A DNA stretch of 64,000 nucleotides from an uncultured Candidatus Binatia bacterium. GTDB taxonomy: Bacteria > Desulfobacterota > Binatia > Bin18. The first letter of the stretch is position 1. Each line of letters opens with the position of its first letter. The notes under the pieces were generated by a model, which was not told where the DNA came from, did not search any database, and saw nothing but the letters and a program-made list of their open reading frames with translations. A program made the translations under genes and the position numbers. The stretch spans positions 2,208,001 to 2,272,000 of the forward strand of contig OZ241744.1 of the NCBI GenBank assembly GCA_965200965.1. Direction: 5' to 3'. Below are positions 20,079-29,826 of this stretch, piece after piece.

Positions 20079-21173
20079 TCAGGAGAAGGTAATGACGCTG
20101 CGTGCCACCGTGCCCTGCTTGAGCAGATCGTAGGCGTGATTGACCTGTTCGAGCGGCAGCGTTTTGGAGACCAGCTCGTCAATTTTGAGCCGGCCGTCCA
20201 TGTACATGTCGATCAGGCGGGGCATGTCAACGCGTGGTCGGGTCGAGCCATAGTACGAGCCCTGGAGTTTCTTCTCCATCATCATAAACACGTTGGGGTT
20301 CAGCGAAAGACGGGAGCCGTCTGGCGAGACGCCGACAATTGTGCAGCAGCCGCCCCGGGCGGTCATCTTGAAGGCCAGCTCAATCGTCTTGGGCGTACTG
20401 ATGACCTCAAAGCCGTAATCAACCCCACGTCCCCCGGTCAGCTCCAGCACGGCCGCTAAGGCGTCGTCCTGAGACGGGTTCACGCAGTGGCTTGCGCCAA
20501 AGGTCCGGGCAAATTCGAGCTTGTTGTCAAGCAGGTCAAGCGCGATGATCTGGCGTGCCCCGGCAATGGCCGCACCCTGGATCACATTCAGGCCAACCCC
20601 GCCACAGCCAATAACGGCGACTGTGCTGCCCGGCTGCACCCCGGCGGTATTAATCGCCGCCCCGACCCCGGTCATGGTGCCGCAGCCAACAAAACAGGCC
20701 CGGTCCAGGGGCGCATCGTCGCGGATTTTAATCGCGCAACTCTCATGCACGACCGTCTCTTCGGCAAACGACGCGGTAAAGGCAAAATGATGAATAGCCG
20801 CCCCGTTTTTATGTAAGCGGGTCGTGCCGTCAAGCAGCACACCGGCGGTCGTGGGGCGAGTTTCGCACAGGTGCGGGCTGCCCTCGGTACAGTACAGGCA
20901 GGTGCCGCACACCGGGTTGAACGACAGCACCACATGGTCGCCCTCTTTGACCGATGTCACCCCGGCCCCGACTTCTTCAACCACCCCGGCCCCCTCATGG
21001 CCGAGGACCATCGGCAGGGGTTGGCGCATATCGCCAGTCATTACATGCAGGTCACTGTGGCAGGCTCCATTGGCGGCCACGCGGACCTTGACCTCTCCGG
21101 CCTGTGGCCGATCGAGCTGGACATCTTCAACAACCAGGGGCCTGCCAGGCTCGTACAAAACGGCAGCTTTCAT
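20079..21173 (-). CDS. Zn-dependent alcohol dehydrogenase
   Basis: CHSD, GHEGAG, structural Zn cysteines, GCGGVG. Confidence 0.92.
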   Translation of the reverse strand: MKAAVLYEPGRPLVVEDVQLDRPQAGEVKVRVAANGACHSDLHVMTGDMRQPLPMVLGHEGAGVVEEVGAGVTSVKEGDHVVLSFNPVCGTCLYCTEGSPHLCETRPTTAGVLLDGTTRLHKNGAAIHHFAFTASFAEETVVHESCAIKIRDDAPLDRACFVGCGTMTGVGAAINTAGVQPGSTVAVIGCGGVGLNVIQGAAIAGARQIIALDLLDNKLEFARTFGASHCVNPSQDDALAAVLELTGGRGVDYGFEVISTPKTIELAFKMTARGGCCTIVGVSPDGSRLSLNPNVFMMMEKKLQGSYYGSTRPRVDMPRLIDMYMDGRLKIDELVSKTLPLEQVNHAYDLLKQGTVARSVITFS

Positions 21174-21314
21174 AGTCTGTGCCCTCCTTTCGCACTCGCA
21201 ATAGTACGCCAATTGAGCGGCTCCGGCCAGCCGTGGGCTTGGGTGCGGGAGTTGCCAAAGCTCTCCCCGTCAGGCAAAAAGGAGCCTATCTCGTCTGACA
21301 CAAGGAGGAAGGCT

Positions 21315-21602
21315 ATGGTCACCCTGACCGCCAAACTGAAGATCAAAGAGGGGAAAGAGGGAGAGTTTGAGGCCACGATGCGGGACAAGGTGGTTGCCGA
21401 GGTACGCAAAGAACCCGGCAACCACGCCTATACATTCTGCAAATCCAGGAAAGATCCGCGGGTCTTTCTGTTCTACGAAGAGTACACGGATGACGCCGCC
21501 TTTGAGGCCCACCGCAAACATCTGGGCGAACTGGGGGTGAATCTGGCTGCCCTGCTTGACGGCGCGCCAGAGCTGGAGTTCTACGAAAAAATCGCCGAAT
21601 AG
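21315..21602 (+). CDS. ABM / putative quinol monooxygenase
   Basis: EPGNHAY..FYEEY..AFEAH; RBS AGGAGG. Confidence 0.8.
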   Translation: MVTLTAKLKIKEGKEGEFEATMRDKVVAEVRKEPGNHAYTFCKSRKDPRVFLFYEEYTDDAAFEAHRKHLGELGVNLAALLDGAPELEFYEKIAE

Positions 21603-21660
21603 AACGGGCGGCTGGTCAAGCCACAGACGCCCCGCCGGGGCGTCTGAGCGGGTGTACGCC

Positions 21661-22122
21661 ATGACCATGATCCAGGTCCCTGAAGACCTCATGCACAAAG
21701 AGATTACGCTCGGCACCTTTGCGGTGACGGCAGACGACATCCGGGGCTTTGCCGAGGCCGTGGACGATCTCAACCCGCTCTATCTTGACCCCCAGGCCGC
21801 CCGCCAGGCCGGCTACCCGAACGTCATCGCTCCTCCGACCTACTGTATGCATCTGCGGGCGAGCAGAATTGTCCCGGACATTCCGCTCGCCCCTGGCCTG
21901 GCCAGCCTGTACGCCGGCCAGGAGTTCGAGTTTCACGACGAAATCCATGCCGGCCGGACGTATACGCTCACGGCCCGGCTGGCCGATGTGTACGAGAAGA
22001 CCGGCCGCAGCGGCCGGCTCGGCGTCATTGTCCGCGAAATGCTGGTCAAAGATGAGGCTGGCGGCACAGTGATGCTCCTGCGCGAACGCCAGATGGTCCG
22101 CTCGCCGCACAAGAAGATATGA
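21661..22122 (+). CDS. MaoC-like dehydratase, N-terminal-type subunit
   Basis: FAEAVDDLNPLYLD, APPT, QEFEF. Confidence 0.82.
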   Translation: MTMIQVPEDLMHKEITLGTFAVTADDIRGFAEAVDDLNPLYLDPQAARQAGYPNVIAPPTYCMHLRASRIVPDIPLAPGLASLYAGQEFEFHDEIHAGRTYTLTARLADVYEKTGRSGRLGVIVREMLVKDEAGGTVMLLRERQMVRSPHKKI

Positions 22123-22547
22123 ACACCCCCCTGCCCTTTGATGCGGTTGAATTTGGCGATGAGATCGGCCCCGTCAGCTGGGTTCCGACACGCGATATTG
22201 TCCGCCGCTACGCGGCCGCGGCGGGGGTGACAGACCGGCGTTTCATTGACCCCGAACGGGCGCGCCAGGTCGGCTTTGCCAGGCCGATCGTGCCGGGTCC
22301 GCTGAGCGCCTCCTTTTTGGCCAAAGTCCTGAAAAATCATTTTGTTGGCTGGCGTCTCACCATGCTGAACACCAGCTTTCGGACGCCGGTCGCACACGGC
22401 GACCGGCTGAACTGCTGGGGCATGGTGACGGAGAAAAAACTGGAGAACGGCGTTGGCTGCGTTGACTGTGACGTGGTGATGGAAAACCAGAACGGCGACC
22501 GGGTGATCGTTGGCACGGCTGTGCTGCGCTGCCAGGTCCAGACCTAA
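22119..22547 (+). CDS. MaoC family dehydratase
   Basis: Hotdog-fold motifs YAAAAG, PIVPG, FRTPV; pairs with the upstream gene. Confidence 0.8.
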   Translation: MNTPLPFDAVEFGDEIGPVSWVPTRDIVRRYAAAAGVTDRRFIDPERARQVGFARPIVPGPLSASFLAKVLKNHFVGWRLTMLNTSFRTPVAHGDRLNCWGMVTEKKLENGVGCVDCDVVMENQNGDRVIVGTAVLRCQVQT

Positions 22548-22590
22548 TCCTGCCCCGCCCGAGTGCGTCCGGGCGAGCGGAGAAAAAGGG

Positions 22591-23562
22591 ATGCGTATTG
22601 CCTTAGACCCGTGGGGCAGCGATTATGCGAGCCAGGTTTCGGTTCCGCACGAGGCCGACGGGGCAGAAACCACCGTCCAGGCCCTGGAGGAGCCGGTCGA
22701 AGCCGGCCGCTGGGAAGCCCAGCGGCCCCAGCCGGCCGGCCGGCCGGCCATGACCGCGGTGGTGGACGGGGTCATGCGAACCGACGCCCGGTCTGTGGTC
22801 AGCCAGGGCGAGCGCCAGTTTCCGGGCCTGTTCTGTTCGCTGGCCGGTGGGGCGGTGGTGGTGGACCGCCATGTCACTCTTGCCGATCTGGTGGTCAAAC
22901 GCCTGTTCATTACCGGCAGCGGCCAGTCCGGGCCGGACCCCTTTCCCGTCCCGGCCGGCAGCGGCCCGGCCCTCCGCTACGCCAACCTCAGCTCGCCGGC
23001 CACCGCCCCGGACAAGCTCAGCGAGGCACTGATGACCGAAATGCGCCAGACCGAATCGGCCATTGCCGAGCGGCTGTCCGGCCCGGACAGCCTGATCCTG
23101 GCCGACGGCAATCTGACCTATATCGGTGGCAGCTCATCGGTCGTCGGGGTCATCAAGACGATCCACCGCATGTATCTGTCGGGCCAGCGCCTCGGGGTCC
23201 TGGAGCGACTCCAGCCGGGCGAGCGCACGCCCCTGTTCCGCATTCAGGGCGGCGCAAGACGGGAGAGCTATGACGTGTTCTCGTGCTATCTGCGCCTGAC
23301 CCGGCCGCGGCGGATTGAGCATGCCTTTGCCGGCCTCGTGCGGCTCGAAGTCAAGGCCTCGCTCGGCCCGCACAAGGCGGTCGAGTTGCTCAATCAGGCC
23401 AGCCTCACAGTCTTCAGCCTGGCTTCGCGCGCGCCCAAAGACCCCCGCGCGCCGCAAAACCTGCTGCCGGTCGGCGGCTTAGAGCGACAGTTGCGCCGCC
23501 GGCTCGGCGACCCGCAGCTCGTCCGCCGGGGGATTGAAAAAGCCCTGCTGCGCGGCCTGTAG
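22591..23562 (+). CDS. nurA: NurA-family nuclease
   Basis: VDGV, ADG, GVIKT, DPRAPQNLLPVGGLE; directly upstream of herA. Confidence 0.8.
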   Translation: MRIALDPWGSDYASQVSVPHEADGAETTVQALEEPVEAGRWEAQRPQPAGRPAMTAVVDGVMRTDARSVVSQGERQFPGLFCSLAGGAVVVDRHVTLADLVVKRLFITGSGQSGPDPFPVPAGSGPALRYANLSSPATAPDKLSEALMTEMRQTESAIAERLSGPDSLILADGNLTYIGGSSSVVGVIKTIHRMYLSGQRLGVLERLQPGERTPLFRIQGGARRESYDVFSCYLRLTRPRRIEHAFAGLVRLEVKASLGPHKAVELLNQASLTVFSLASRAPKDPRAPQNLLPVGGLERQLRRRLGDPQLVRRGIEKALLRGL

Positions 23563-23578
23563 TGGGGAAGGAGAAGAC

Positions 23579-25351
23579 ATGGGCAGGGTGATCGGGACCC
23601 AGGACGCCACCCCGCTGGAGTTCTGGGTGTTGCTCAACGAGAAGGAGGCCGTTCAGGTTGACGAGGCGGTGGTGGTCGAAACCGACTCGCCACAGGGGCC
23701 GCTCAAGCTGTTCGGCATGGTTGATATGATCCGCTCCCGGCATCAGGGCTCGACGTTTGACTCGGACGTGATTGAGGCCGAGCAGGGCCTTCCGGTCGAG
23801 CTGTCGGTTGCCGCCCATGTCAAAGTCACCCGCCTGGACCCCGAGTATTACTACCCGCCGCTGCCGGGCAATACGGTCCGGGTGGTCAGTGGCGAAGAGT
23901 ACGCCAAGGCGCTGTTCATGGACAAGATGGAGCGCCGGTTTCCCATCGGGCTGTCTCTCTCCGGGCACGAGGTGGTGTACGGCAATCTGGACTTTCTGAA
24001 CGGGCGCAAGGGTGCCCACATGAATATCAGCGGCGTGTCGGGCATTGCGACCAAAACAACCTATGCGACGTTTCTGCTCCACAGTTTGTTGCACTGCGGG
24101 CAGGTGAGCGACGCAGCGCTGGATCGTGCTGACGGTGGACCGGCAGGACAAGACGACGCAGCGCTCAACAACACCCACGCGATTATCTTCAACGTCAAGG
24201 GCGAGGACTTGCTCTTCCTCGATAAACCCAGCAACGCCATCGGTGTTGAAGACGAAGCCGAGTACAAGCGGATGGGCCTGCCGGCCGAGCCGTTTGATTC
24301 GGTCCAGTTCTATGTGCCGCCGACAGAGCAGGCGCGTGGCCCGATCAGGCCCCGGGTCGGCTCACGGCGGGCCGATGAGGTCACGCCCTACTTCTGGACT
24401 GTGCGCAGCTTCTGTCGTGAGCGTTTGCTGCGCTATCTGTTTACCGACAGCGGAGACGAAGCCTCGCTGCTATCCACCCTGATCTATCAGGTTGAACGCC
24501 GCCTGAGTGAGGCGGCCGAGGAAGCCGACAAGCACGCGCCGGGGTCAGGTGTTGTTCTGCCGATCAGCAAGGCCGAAAAAAAAGGCAGCCGGCAGGACGG
24601 CGAAGAAGACGCCGGAGCGGCCGCAGAGGAGCACGAGATCCGGGACTTTCCGACCCTGCTGCGCGCTATGGAAGCCATCGCCGCCACCACCACCCACTCG
24701 CAGGGCACGATCGGGGCTTTCATGCGCCGGCTGTACGGTGCCGAGGACAAGGTGGCCTGTATTATTCGTGATCCGGTTGACAGCGATCCAAACAGCCACA
24801 CCATTGACTGGCGCAAGAGGCAGGTGACGGTTGTCAGCCTGACCGGGCTGTATGAAATTGGCAAGAGCTTTGTGGTCGGCTCGGTCCTGCAACAGATTCA
24901 ACACGAAAAAGAAGCCACCGCCTCAGCCGAGCCGCTGTGTTTCATCGTGGTTGATGAGCTCAACCGCTATGCCCCGCGCGACGGCTGGTCGCCGATCCGC
25001 GATCGTCTGCTGGAAATTGCCGAGCGAGGCCGCTCGAGCGGCACGATCCTGATTGGCGCGCAGCAAACCGCGTCTGAGGTGGAGCGCCGGATTGTGGCCA
25101 ACCCGGCCTTTCGGATTGTCGGGCGCCTGGACGCAGCCGAGGCCGAACGCGCCGAGTACGGCTTTCTGCCCCCCACGCTCCGCCAGCGGGCGGCAATTCT
25201 GACCTCAGGCCGGATGATCGTCTCGCAGCCGGATATTCCAACGCCTGTCCCGGTCCGCTTTCCCCGGCCGGCCTGGGCAACCCGCACCGAGGAACAGAAG
25301 CTGCCCAAGCCGAACCTGAAACTGGCCCGGGTCCGGGAAAGCGAGTATTGA
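23579..25351 (+). CDS. herA: HerA-family ATPase/helicase
   Basis: HAS barrel, HMNISGVSGIATKTT, VDELNRYAP, RGRSSG..LIGAQQ. Confidence 0.85.
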   Translation: MGRVIGTQDATPLEFWVLLNEKEAVQVDEAVVVETDSPQGPLKLFGMVDMIRSRHQGSTFDSDVIEAEQGLPVELSVAAHVKVTRLDPEYYYPPLPGNTVRVVSGEEYAKALFMDKMERRFPIGLSLSGHEVVYGNLDFLNGRKGAHMNISGVSGIATKTTYATFLLHSLLHCGQVSDAALDRADGGPAGQDDAALNNTHAIIFNVKGEDLLFLDKPSNAIGVEDEAEYKRMGLPAEPFDSVQFYVPPTEQARGPIRPRVGSRRADEVTPYFWTVRSFCRERLLRYLFTDSGDEASLLSTLIYQVERRLSEAAEEADKHAPGSGVVLPISKAEKKGSRQDGEEDAGAAAEEHEIRDFPTLLRAMEAIAATTTHSQGTIGAFMRRLYGAEDKVACIIRDPVDSDPNSHTIDWRKRQVTVVSLTGLYEIGKSFVVGSVLQQIQHEKEATASAEPLCFIVVDELNRYAPRDGWSPIRDRLLEIAERGRSSGTILIGAQQTASEVERRIVANPAFRIVGRLDAAEAERAEYGFLPPTLRQRAAILTSGRMIVSQPDIPTPVPVRFPRPAWATRTEEQKLPKPNLKLARVRESEY

Positions 25352-26520
25352 TGAGATTCCTCCATACCTCAGACTGGCATGTTGGCCGGACCATCCGTAA
25401 CCGCTCCCGGATGGATGAACACCGGGCGGTGTTTGCCGAACTGCTCGATATTGCCAGGCGTGAACAGGTTGATGCCGTTCTGGTCACCGGCGACATCTTC
25501 CACGAACGGCGCCCGCCGCTGGCCGCCGAGGAACTGGTGGCCCACACCCTGGCCCAACTCGCCCGCGCCAATATCGTCTCGGTCGTCATTCCCGGCAATC
25601 ACGACGATGCCGCCCGCCTGCGCACCCTGAAACCTCTGGGCGAGTTGCTCCAGGTGCATATGATGACAGACCTGAGCGAGGAGCCGTCGGCTCTCATTGT
25701 GCCCATCGCCCAGCGAACCGGCGGGGAGAAGGCGCTGGTCGGGTGTTTGCCCTACCTGCATCCACACCACGTTCTCACCAGCGCGGAAGGAACCGCCAAA
25801 AGTGAGAGCGAGCGCCTGAGCGCCTATCAGAGCAAGGTCCAGGACTATCTGCGCGCCGTGAAAGAAGAGATGCTGCGGATAGACCGCGCCGCGGTGTCTC
25901 TCGTGCTGGCCCATGCGCATATCTCAGGTGCCGAGTTTGGCGGCGGGGAATGGCGCTCGAGCGTCTTCCCCATTGATCCCGGGATTTTACCCGGCGGGGT
26001 CCATTATGTGGCCCTCGGCCACATGCACCAGCCGCAAAACGTGGCGGGGACGGCTGCGCAGACGCGCTATGCCGGCTCTGTCCTGCAAATGGACTTTGGC
26101 GAGCGCGGCCAACAAAAAAGTGTGTATCTGATTGAGGCGCATCCGGGCAAACCCGCCGAAGTCAAGCCGATTGCGCTGACACAGGGCAAGGCGCTGCTGC
26201 GCCGGACGGGAACAGCCGAAGCCATCCTGTCGCAGGCCGAAGACTTCACCAGCGCCTGGGTTGAGATCGTCCTGAAGCCGGAAGGTCAGACATCCGAGCG
26301 GATTGAACGCCTCCGGGAACTGCCCGGCGTGGTGTCGCTCCGGTTTGAAGACACGTCATCAAAAGACACCGGCAGCGAAGCGCTCCGCAGCCAGCGACCG
26401 CCGGCAGAACTGTTCACCGACTATTACCAAGCCAGACGCAAGGCCGCCCCCGAGCCGCAGCTCGTAGCCCTGTTTGAACGCCTGTATCGGGAGGCCAGCA
26501 CCGCCAGCGACGAGCCGTAA
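25348..26520 (+). CDS. sbcD: SbcD/Mre11 nuclease
   Basis: HTSDWH, GD, GNHD, LGHMH. Confidence 0.92.
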   Translation: MMRFLHTSDWHVGRTIRNRSRMDEHRAVFAELLDIARREQVDAVLVTGDIFHERRPPLAAEELVAHTLAQLARANIVSVVIPGNHDDAARLRTLKPLGELLQVHMMTDLSEEPSALIVPIAQRTGGEKALVGCLPYLHPHHVLTSAEGTAKSESERLSAYQSKVQDYLRAVKEEMLRIDRAAVSLVLAHAHISGAEFGGGEWRSSVFPIDPGILPGGVHYVALGHMHQPQNVAGTAAQTRYAGSVLQMDFGERGQQKSVYLIEAHPGKPAEVKPIALTQGKALLRRTGTAEAILSQAEDFTSAWVEIVLKPEGQTSERIERLRELPGVVSLRFEDTSSKDTGSEALRSQRPPAELFTDYYQARRKAAPEPQLVALFERLYREASTASDEP

Positions 26521-26523
26521 TCC

Positions 26524-29500
26524 ATGCGCCCCCAAAAACTCAGCCTCAAAAATTTCATGCCCTTTCGGGCGACGGGCGGTCAGGCCCACGAGGTGGACTT
26601 TTCGCCGCTCGAGCTGTTCGCCATTACCGGCCCGATGGCCAGCGGCAAGTCGGCGCTGATCGACGCCATTGTGTGGTGTCTGTACGGTCGGACGGCCCGC
26701 TACGGCGTGGATTCAAAAGGCGTCATTGCCGCGGGGGAGCAGACCTGTGAGGTCGCCCTTGATTTCACTGTTGGCGAGCGGTGGTTTCGAGCCGTGCGCC
26801 GCACCGGCAGAGTGACAGACTCCGGCTTAAGCGAACGTGAGGGAGACGAGTGGATACAGGACCGCTCCGGCTCTGCCCTCCTCACCAAACGCATTGAAGA
26901 CCTGTTGGGCCTTGACTTTGACAGCTTCACCAAAACGGTCATTCTGCCCCAGGGACGCTACGGCGAGTTTCTGACCAGCGAGCCGAAAAAGCGGCGCGAG
27001 TTGCTGGAAAAAATACTTGAACTCGGCGTGTACACGCGTGTGCGCACCCAGGCCAGAGACGTTGCAAAACAGGCCGAAACCCGGGCCGACACGCTGCGGG
27101 AAACCCTGGCCCAATACGCCGACTTGAGCCCGGAGCGCCTGACCCGCCAGCAGGAAGAACTGGCCGAACTCGAACACCGCATTGAGCACCTCGCTCAGCA
27201 AGAGCAGGTCTTGCACAGTCTGGCTCAACAGGTCGATCGGGTCGCCGGGCTACGCAGTCGGCTTGCTGAGCTTCAGGCAGACCTGCAGGTCCGCGCTCAA
27301 GAGAAAGAGGAGGCGAAAAAAAAGGCCGATGCGATCACAGTCGAGCTTGCTGAGTTGACCCATGCCCTAGCCCGGTTCGGTCAAGAACGGGAAGCGCTGG
27401 GCTATGATGCGGCGCGGCACACGGTCGTCAAACAGGCCGTTGCCCATCTCGGTGAATGGGCGGCCGCTGACAGGGAAGCCGGGCAGAAAAGCGCCGAGCA
27501 TAGCCGCGTCCAGGAAGAAGTTGAGGCGCTGGCGCAGCAGCGCGCAGTCCACGTCCGGCAGCTTGAACAGGCGCGGTCTCAGCATCAGACCCACACCGCC
27601 ACATTTGAGCGGCACATCGCCGAAGCCGGCGATGTGGCCACACTCACAGAAAAGCTGAGCGCGGCAAAACGCTGGAAAGAGTTGTGCCAGCAGCAGCAGG
27701 AACTCGTCGCCCAGCTCGCCTCGCTGCGTCACACACACGCGGCAAGCCGCCACACCCTGGAGCGCGTGAAGCGGCAAGAAACTCTCCATGAACAGACGGT
27801 CCGGGAGTTGCAGGCAACACTCGAACGGGCCAAAGAAGACGAGCGGCAGAAGCGGCAGCTGATAGCCGAAGCGGAATCCCTGGACCGGGAACTGCACGAG
27901 GCGGCTGAGGCGGAAAAGCGCGTCCAAGCCGAGGCTGAGGCTGCCCGCGCCGCGCTGGCCAAAGCCGAGCACACCGCCCAGCACATCCGGCGCGATCTCG
28001 CCCAAGCCCAGGGGCAGGAGCAGGCCGCCCGCGCCGCCCTTGAAGACACCCAACGCCAGCACGAAGCCGCCCATCTGCGGGAGACGCTGCACATCGGCGA
28101 CGCCTGTCCGGTGTGTCGGACAATTGTCAGCGACATTCCCGCCGCTCAAGACGCTGAGAGCAGCCTCAAGGAACTTCAGGAACACCTGGCAGGAGCCCAA
28201 CAGACCACCGAGCAGAAACGGACACGAGCGCAAGAAGCCAGTGCTGCTGTTGCTGCCCAACAGGCGAGGCGTGAGGCCGCCGGGCAGGAGGTGAAAGAAC
28301 GCGGCCGCGTCCACCAACAGGTCCAGGACCGCTTTGTGTCCCGTTTCCCCGCCTGTGCGTCCCCGGCTGAAGCCCTGAAGGCATTGCAGACCCAACACAA
28401 AGAGCTGAACGCAACGCTCAAAGACCTTGAGGCCCAGACGGCATCTGCCGAGCAGGAAACAAGGCAGCGGTCACACCAACGTGAAACCGCCCAACAAGAA
28501 GAGGCGAGGCTGGGCGAAGCGCTGCGCGGGGCAACCGACAGGCTGGACACCGGGAAACCTCAGTTGGCAGCGCTCAGGGTTGAGATTGCCGCGTTTCTCG
28601 CGCCAAACGAAGACCCTGAACACCAGGTTGCCCACCGCCGGACCAGGGTGATGCAGGCTGAGCAACACATGAAGGCCGCAGAGGAAGCCCGGCGTCAGGC
28701 CGAAACAGCCCTGGGCCGGCTCACCACCGCGCACATCCAAAAAGAGGGGGAGGCCACCCTGCTCGCCTCCGAACACCAGGCAGCCTTGCAAGGAGCCGAG
28801 CGCGAAGCCCGAGCGGTCCGGGAATGTCTTGGTCTGGCCCACGACGCGGTGTTGCCACCGGCTGAAGACCTGGCAGGTGAACTCACCGGGCTGTCACACA
28901 AGCAGGCCCGGCACGTCGATCTGTCGCAACGCGAAGACGAGGCGCGGGCCAGTCACGGGCAGGCCGAACGTCAGGCCGCGGCCTTGCAGGCCGACCAGCG
29001 AGCCCGAACGCGCATGTTGGAGGAAGCCCGGCACAAGCGGCAACAGGCGCAAAACCAACTCGACAGAGAACGGGATACGCTGCGGACGGCGATTGCCCGC
29101 GAGGCCGGGGCGCGTCACCTGCCGGACGCCGGCGAGGACGGTGCCAATATCAAGCCCCAACTTGAAACGCTGCGCGGGCACAGGATATCGCTTCAGGAAC
29201 ACCGCGGGCGCCTGGAGGCCGAACAGGCTGAGGCCCAACGCCGCTGGAGGGAGAAAGAACAGGAAGAAGAAAAACTGCGCACCGCCCAAACCGAGCAGCG
29301 TCTGGCCTCGGACCTGCACGGGCTGCTCGGCTCGGCCTTCAGCAACTTTCTTTCACGCGGGGCCATAGAGGCGCTCATGCGCGATGCCTCTGTCCACCTG
29401 CAAGGGCTGACCCACGGGCGCTACACCTTTGACATTGCTTATCGAAATCAAGCGATTCATCTCCAGATTATTGACCACGAAAATCAGCGCCGCGCCCGGC

Positions 29501-29817
29501 CGGCCCATTCCCTGTCAGGCGGAGAAACCTTCCTGGCTTCGCTCGCCATTGCGCTCGCTCTCTCGCAGGGTTTTCGGACCGTTGCGACTGGGCGCGCCGC
29601 AACAACCTCAACCGAATGCCTGATCCTGGATGAGGGGTTTGGCACGCTGGACCGAGAGGGCGTGCAGATGGTGACGGAAACCCTGCAAGAGCTGCGCGGC
29701 GAAGAAGGCCGGATGGTCGGCATCATTACGCATGTCGAAGAAGTCGCCGCGGCCATGCCGGCGCAGCTTGAGATTCACAAAGGCAGCCGCTCAAGTCTCA
29801 TTGCGGTCGCCTCCTGA
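26524..29817 (+). CDS. sbcC: SbcC/Rad50 SMC-like ATPase
   Basis: GPMASGKS, LPQG, CPVC zinc hook, LSGGE, LDEGFGTLD, coiled coils. Confidence 0.92.
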   Translation: MRPQKLSLKNFMPFRATGGQAHEVDFSPLELFAITGPMASGKSALIDAIVWCLYGRTARYGVDSKGVIAAGEQTCEVALDFTVGERWFRAVRRTGRVTDSGLSEREGDEWIQDRSGSALLTKRIEDLLGLDFDSFTKTVILPQGRYGEFLTSEPKKRRELLEKILELGVYTRVRTQARDVAKQAETRADTLRETLAQYADLSPERLTRQQEELAELEHRIEHLAQQEQVLHSLAQQVDRVAGLRSRLAELQADLQVRAQEKEEAKKKADAITVELAELTHALARFGQEREALGYDAARHTVVKQAVAHLGEWAAADREAGQKSAEHSRVQEEVEALAQQRAVHVRQLEQARSQHQTHTATFERHIAEAGDVATLTEKLSAAKRWKELCQQQQELVAQLASLRHTHAASRHTLERVKRQETLHEQTVRELQATLERAKEDERQKRQLIAEAESLDRELHEAAEAEKRVQAEAEAARAALAKAEHTAQHIRRDLAQAQGQEQAARAALEDTQRQHEAAHLRETLHIGDACPVCRTIVSDIPAAQDAESSLKELQEHLAGAQQTTEQKRTRAQEASAAVAAQQARREAAGQEVKERGRVHQQVQDRFVSRFPACASPAEALKALQTQHKELNATLKDLEAQTASAEQETRQRSHQRETAQQEEARLGEALRGATDRLDTGKPQLAALRVEIAAFLAPNEDPEHQVAHRRTRVMQAEQHMKAAEEARRQAETALGRLTTAHIQKEGEATLLASEHQAALQGAEREARAVRECLGLAHDAVLPPAEDLAGELTGLSHKQARHVDLSQREDEARASHGQAERQAAALQADQRARTRMLEEARHKRQQAQNQLDRERDTLRTAIAREAGARHLPDAGEDGANIKPQLETLRGHRISLQEHRGRLEAEQAEAQRRWREKEQEEEKLRTAQTEQRLASDLHGLLGSAFSNFLSRGAIEALMRDASVHLQGLTHGRYTFDIAYRNQAIHLQIIDHENQRRARPAHSLSGGETFLASLAIALALSQGFRTVATGRAATTSTECLILDEGFGTLDREGVQMVTETLQELRGEEGRMVGIITHVEEVAAAMPAQLEIHKGSRSSLIAVAS

Positions 29818-29826
29818 GCCAAAGGA

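Noticed and set aside
24109-24165. 12-bp direct repeat around a 45-bp in-frame segment in herA
   Set aside because: Probably a small loop duplication with no evidence of mobility
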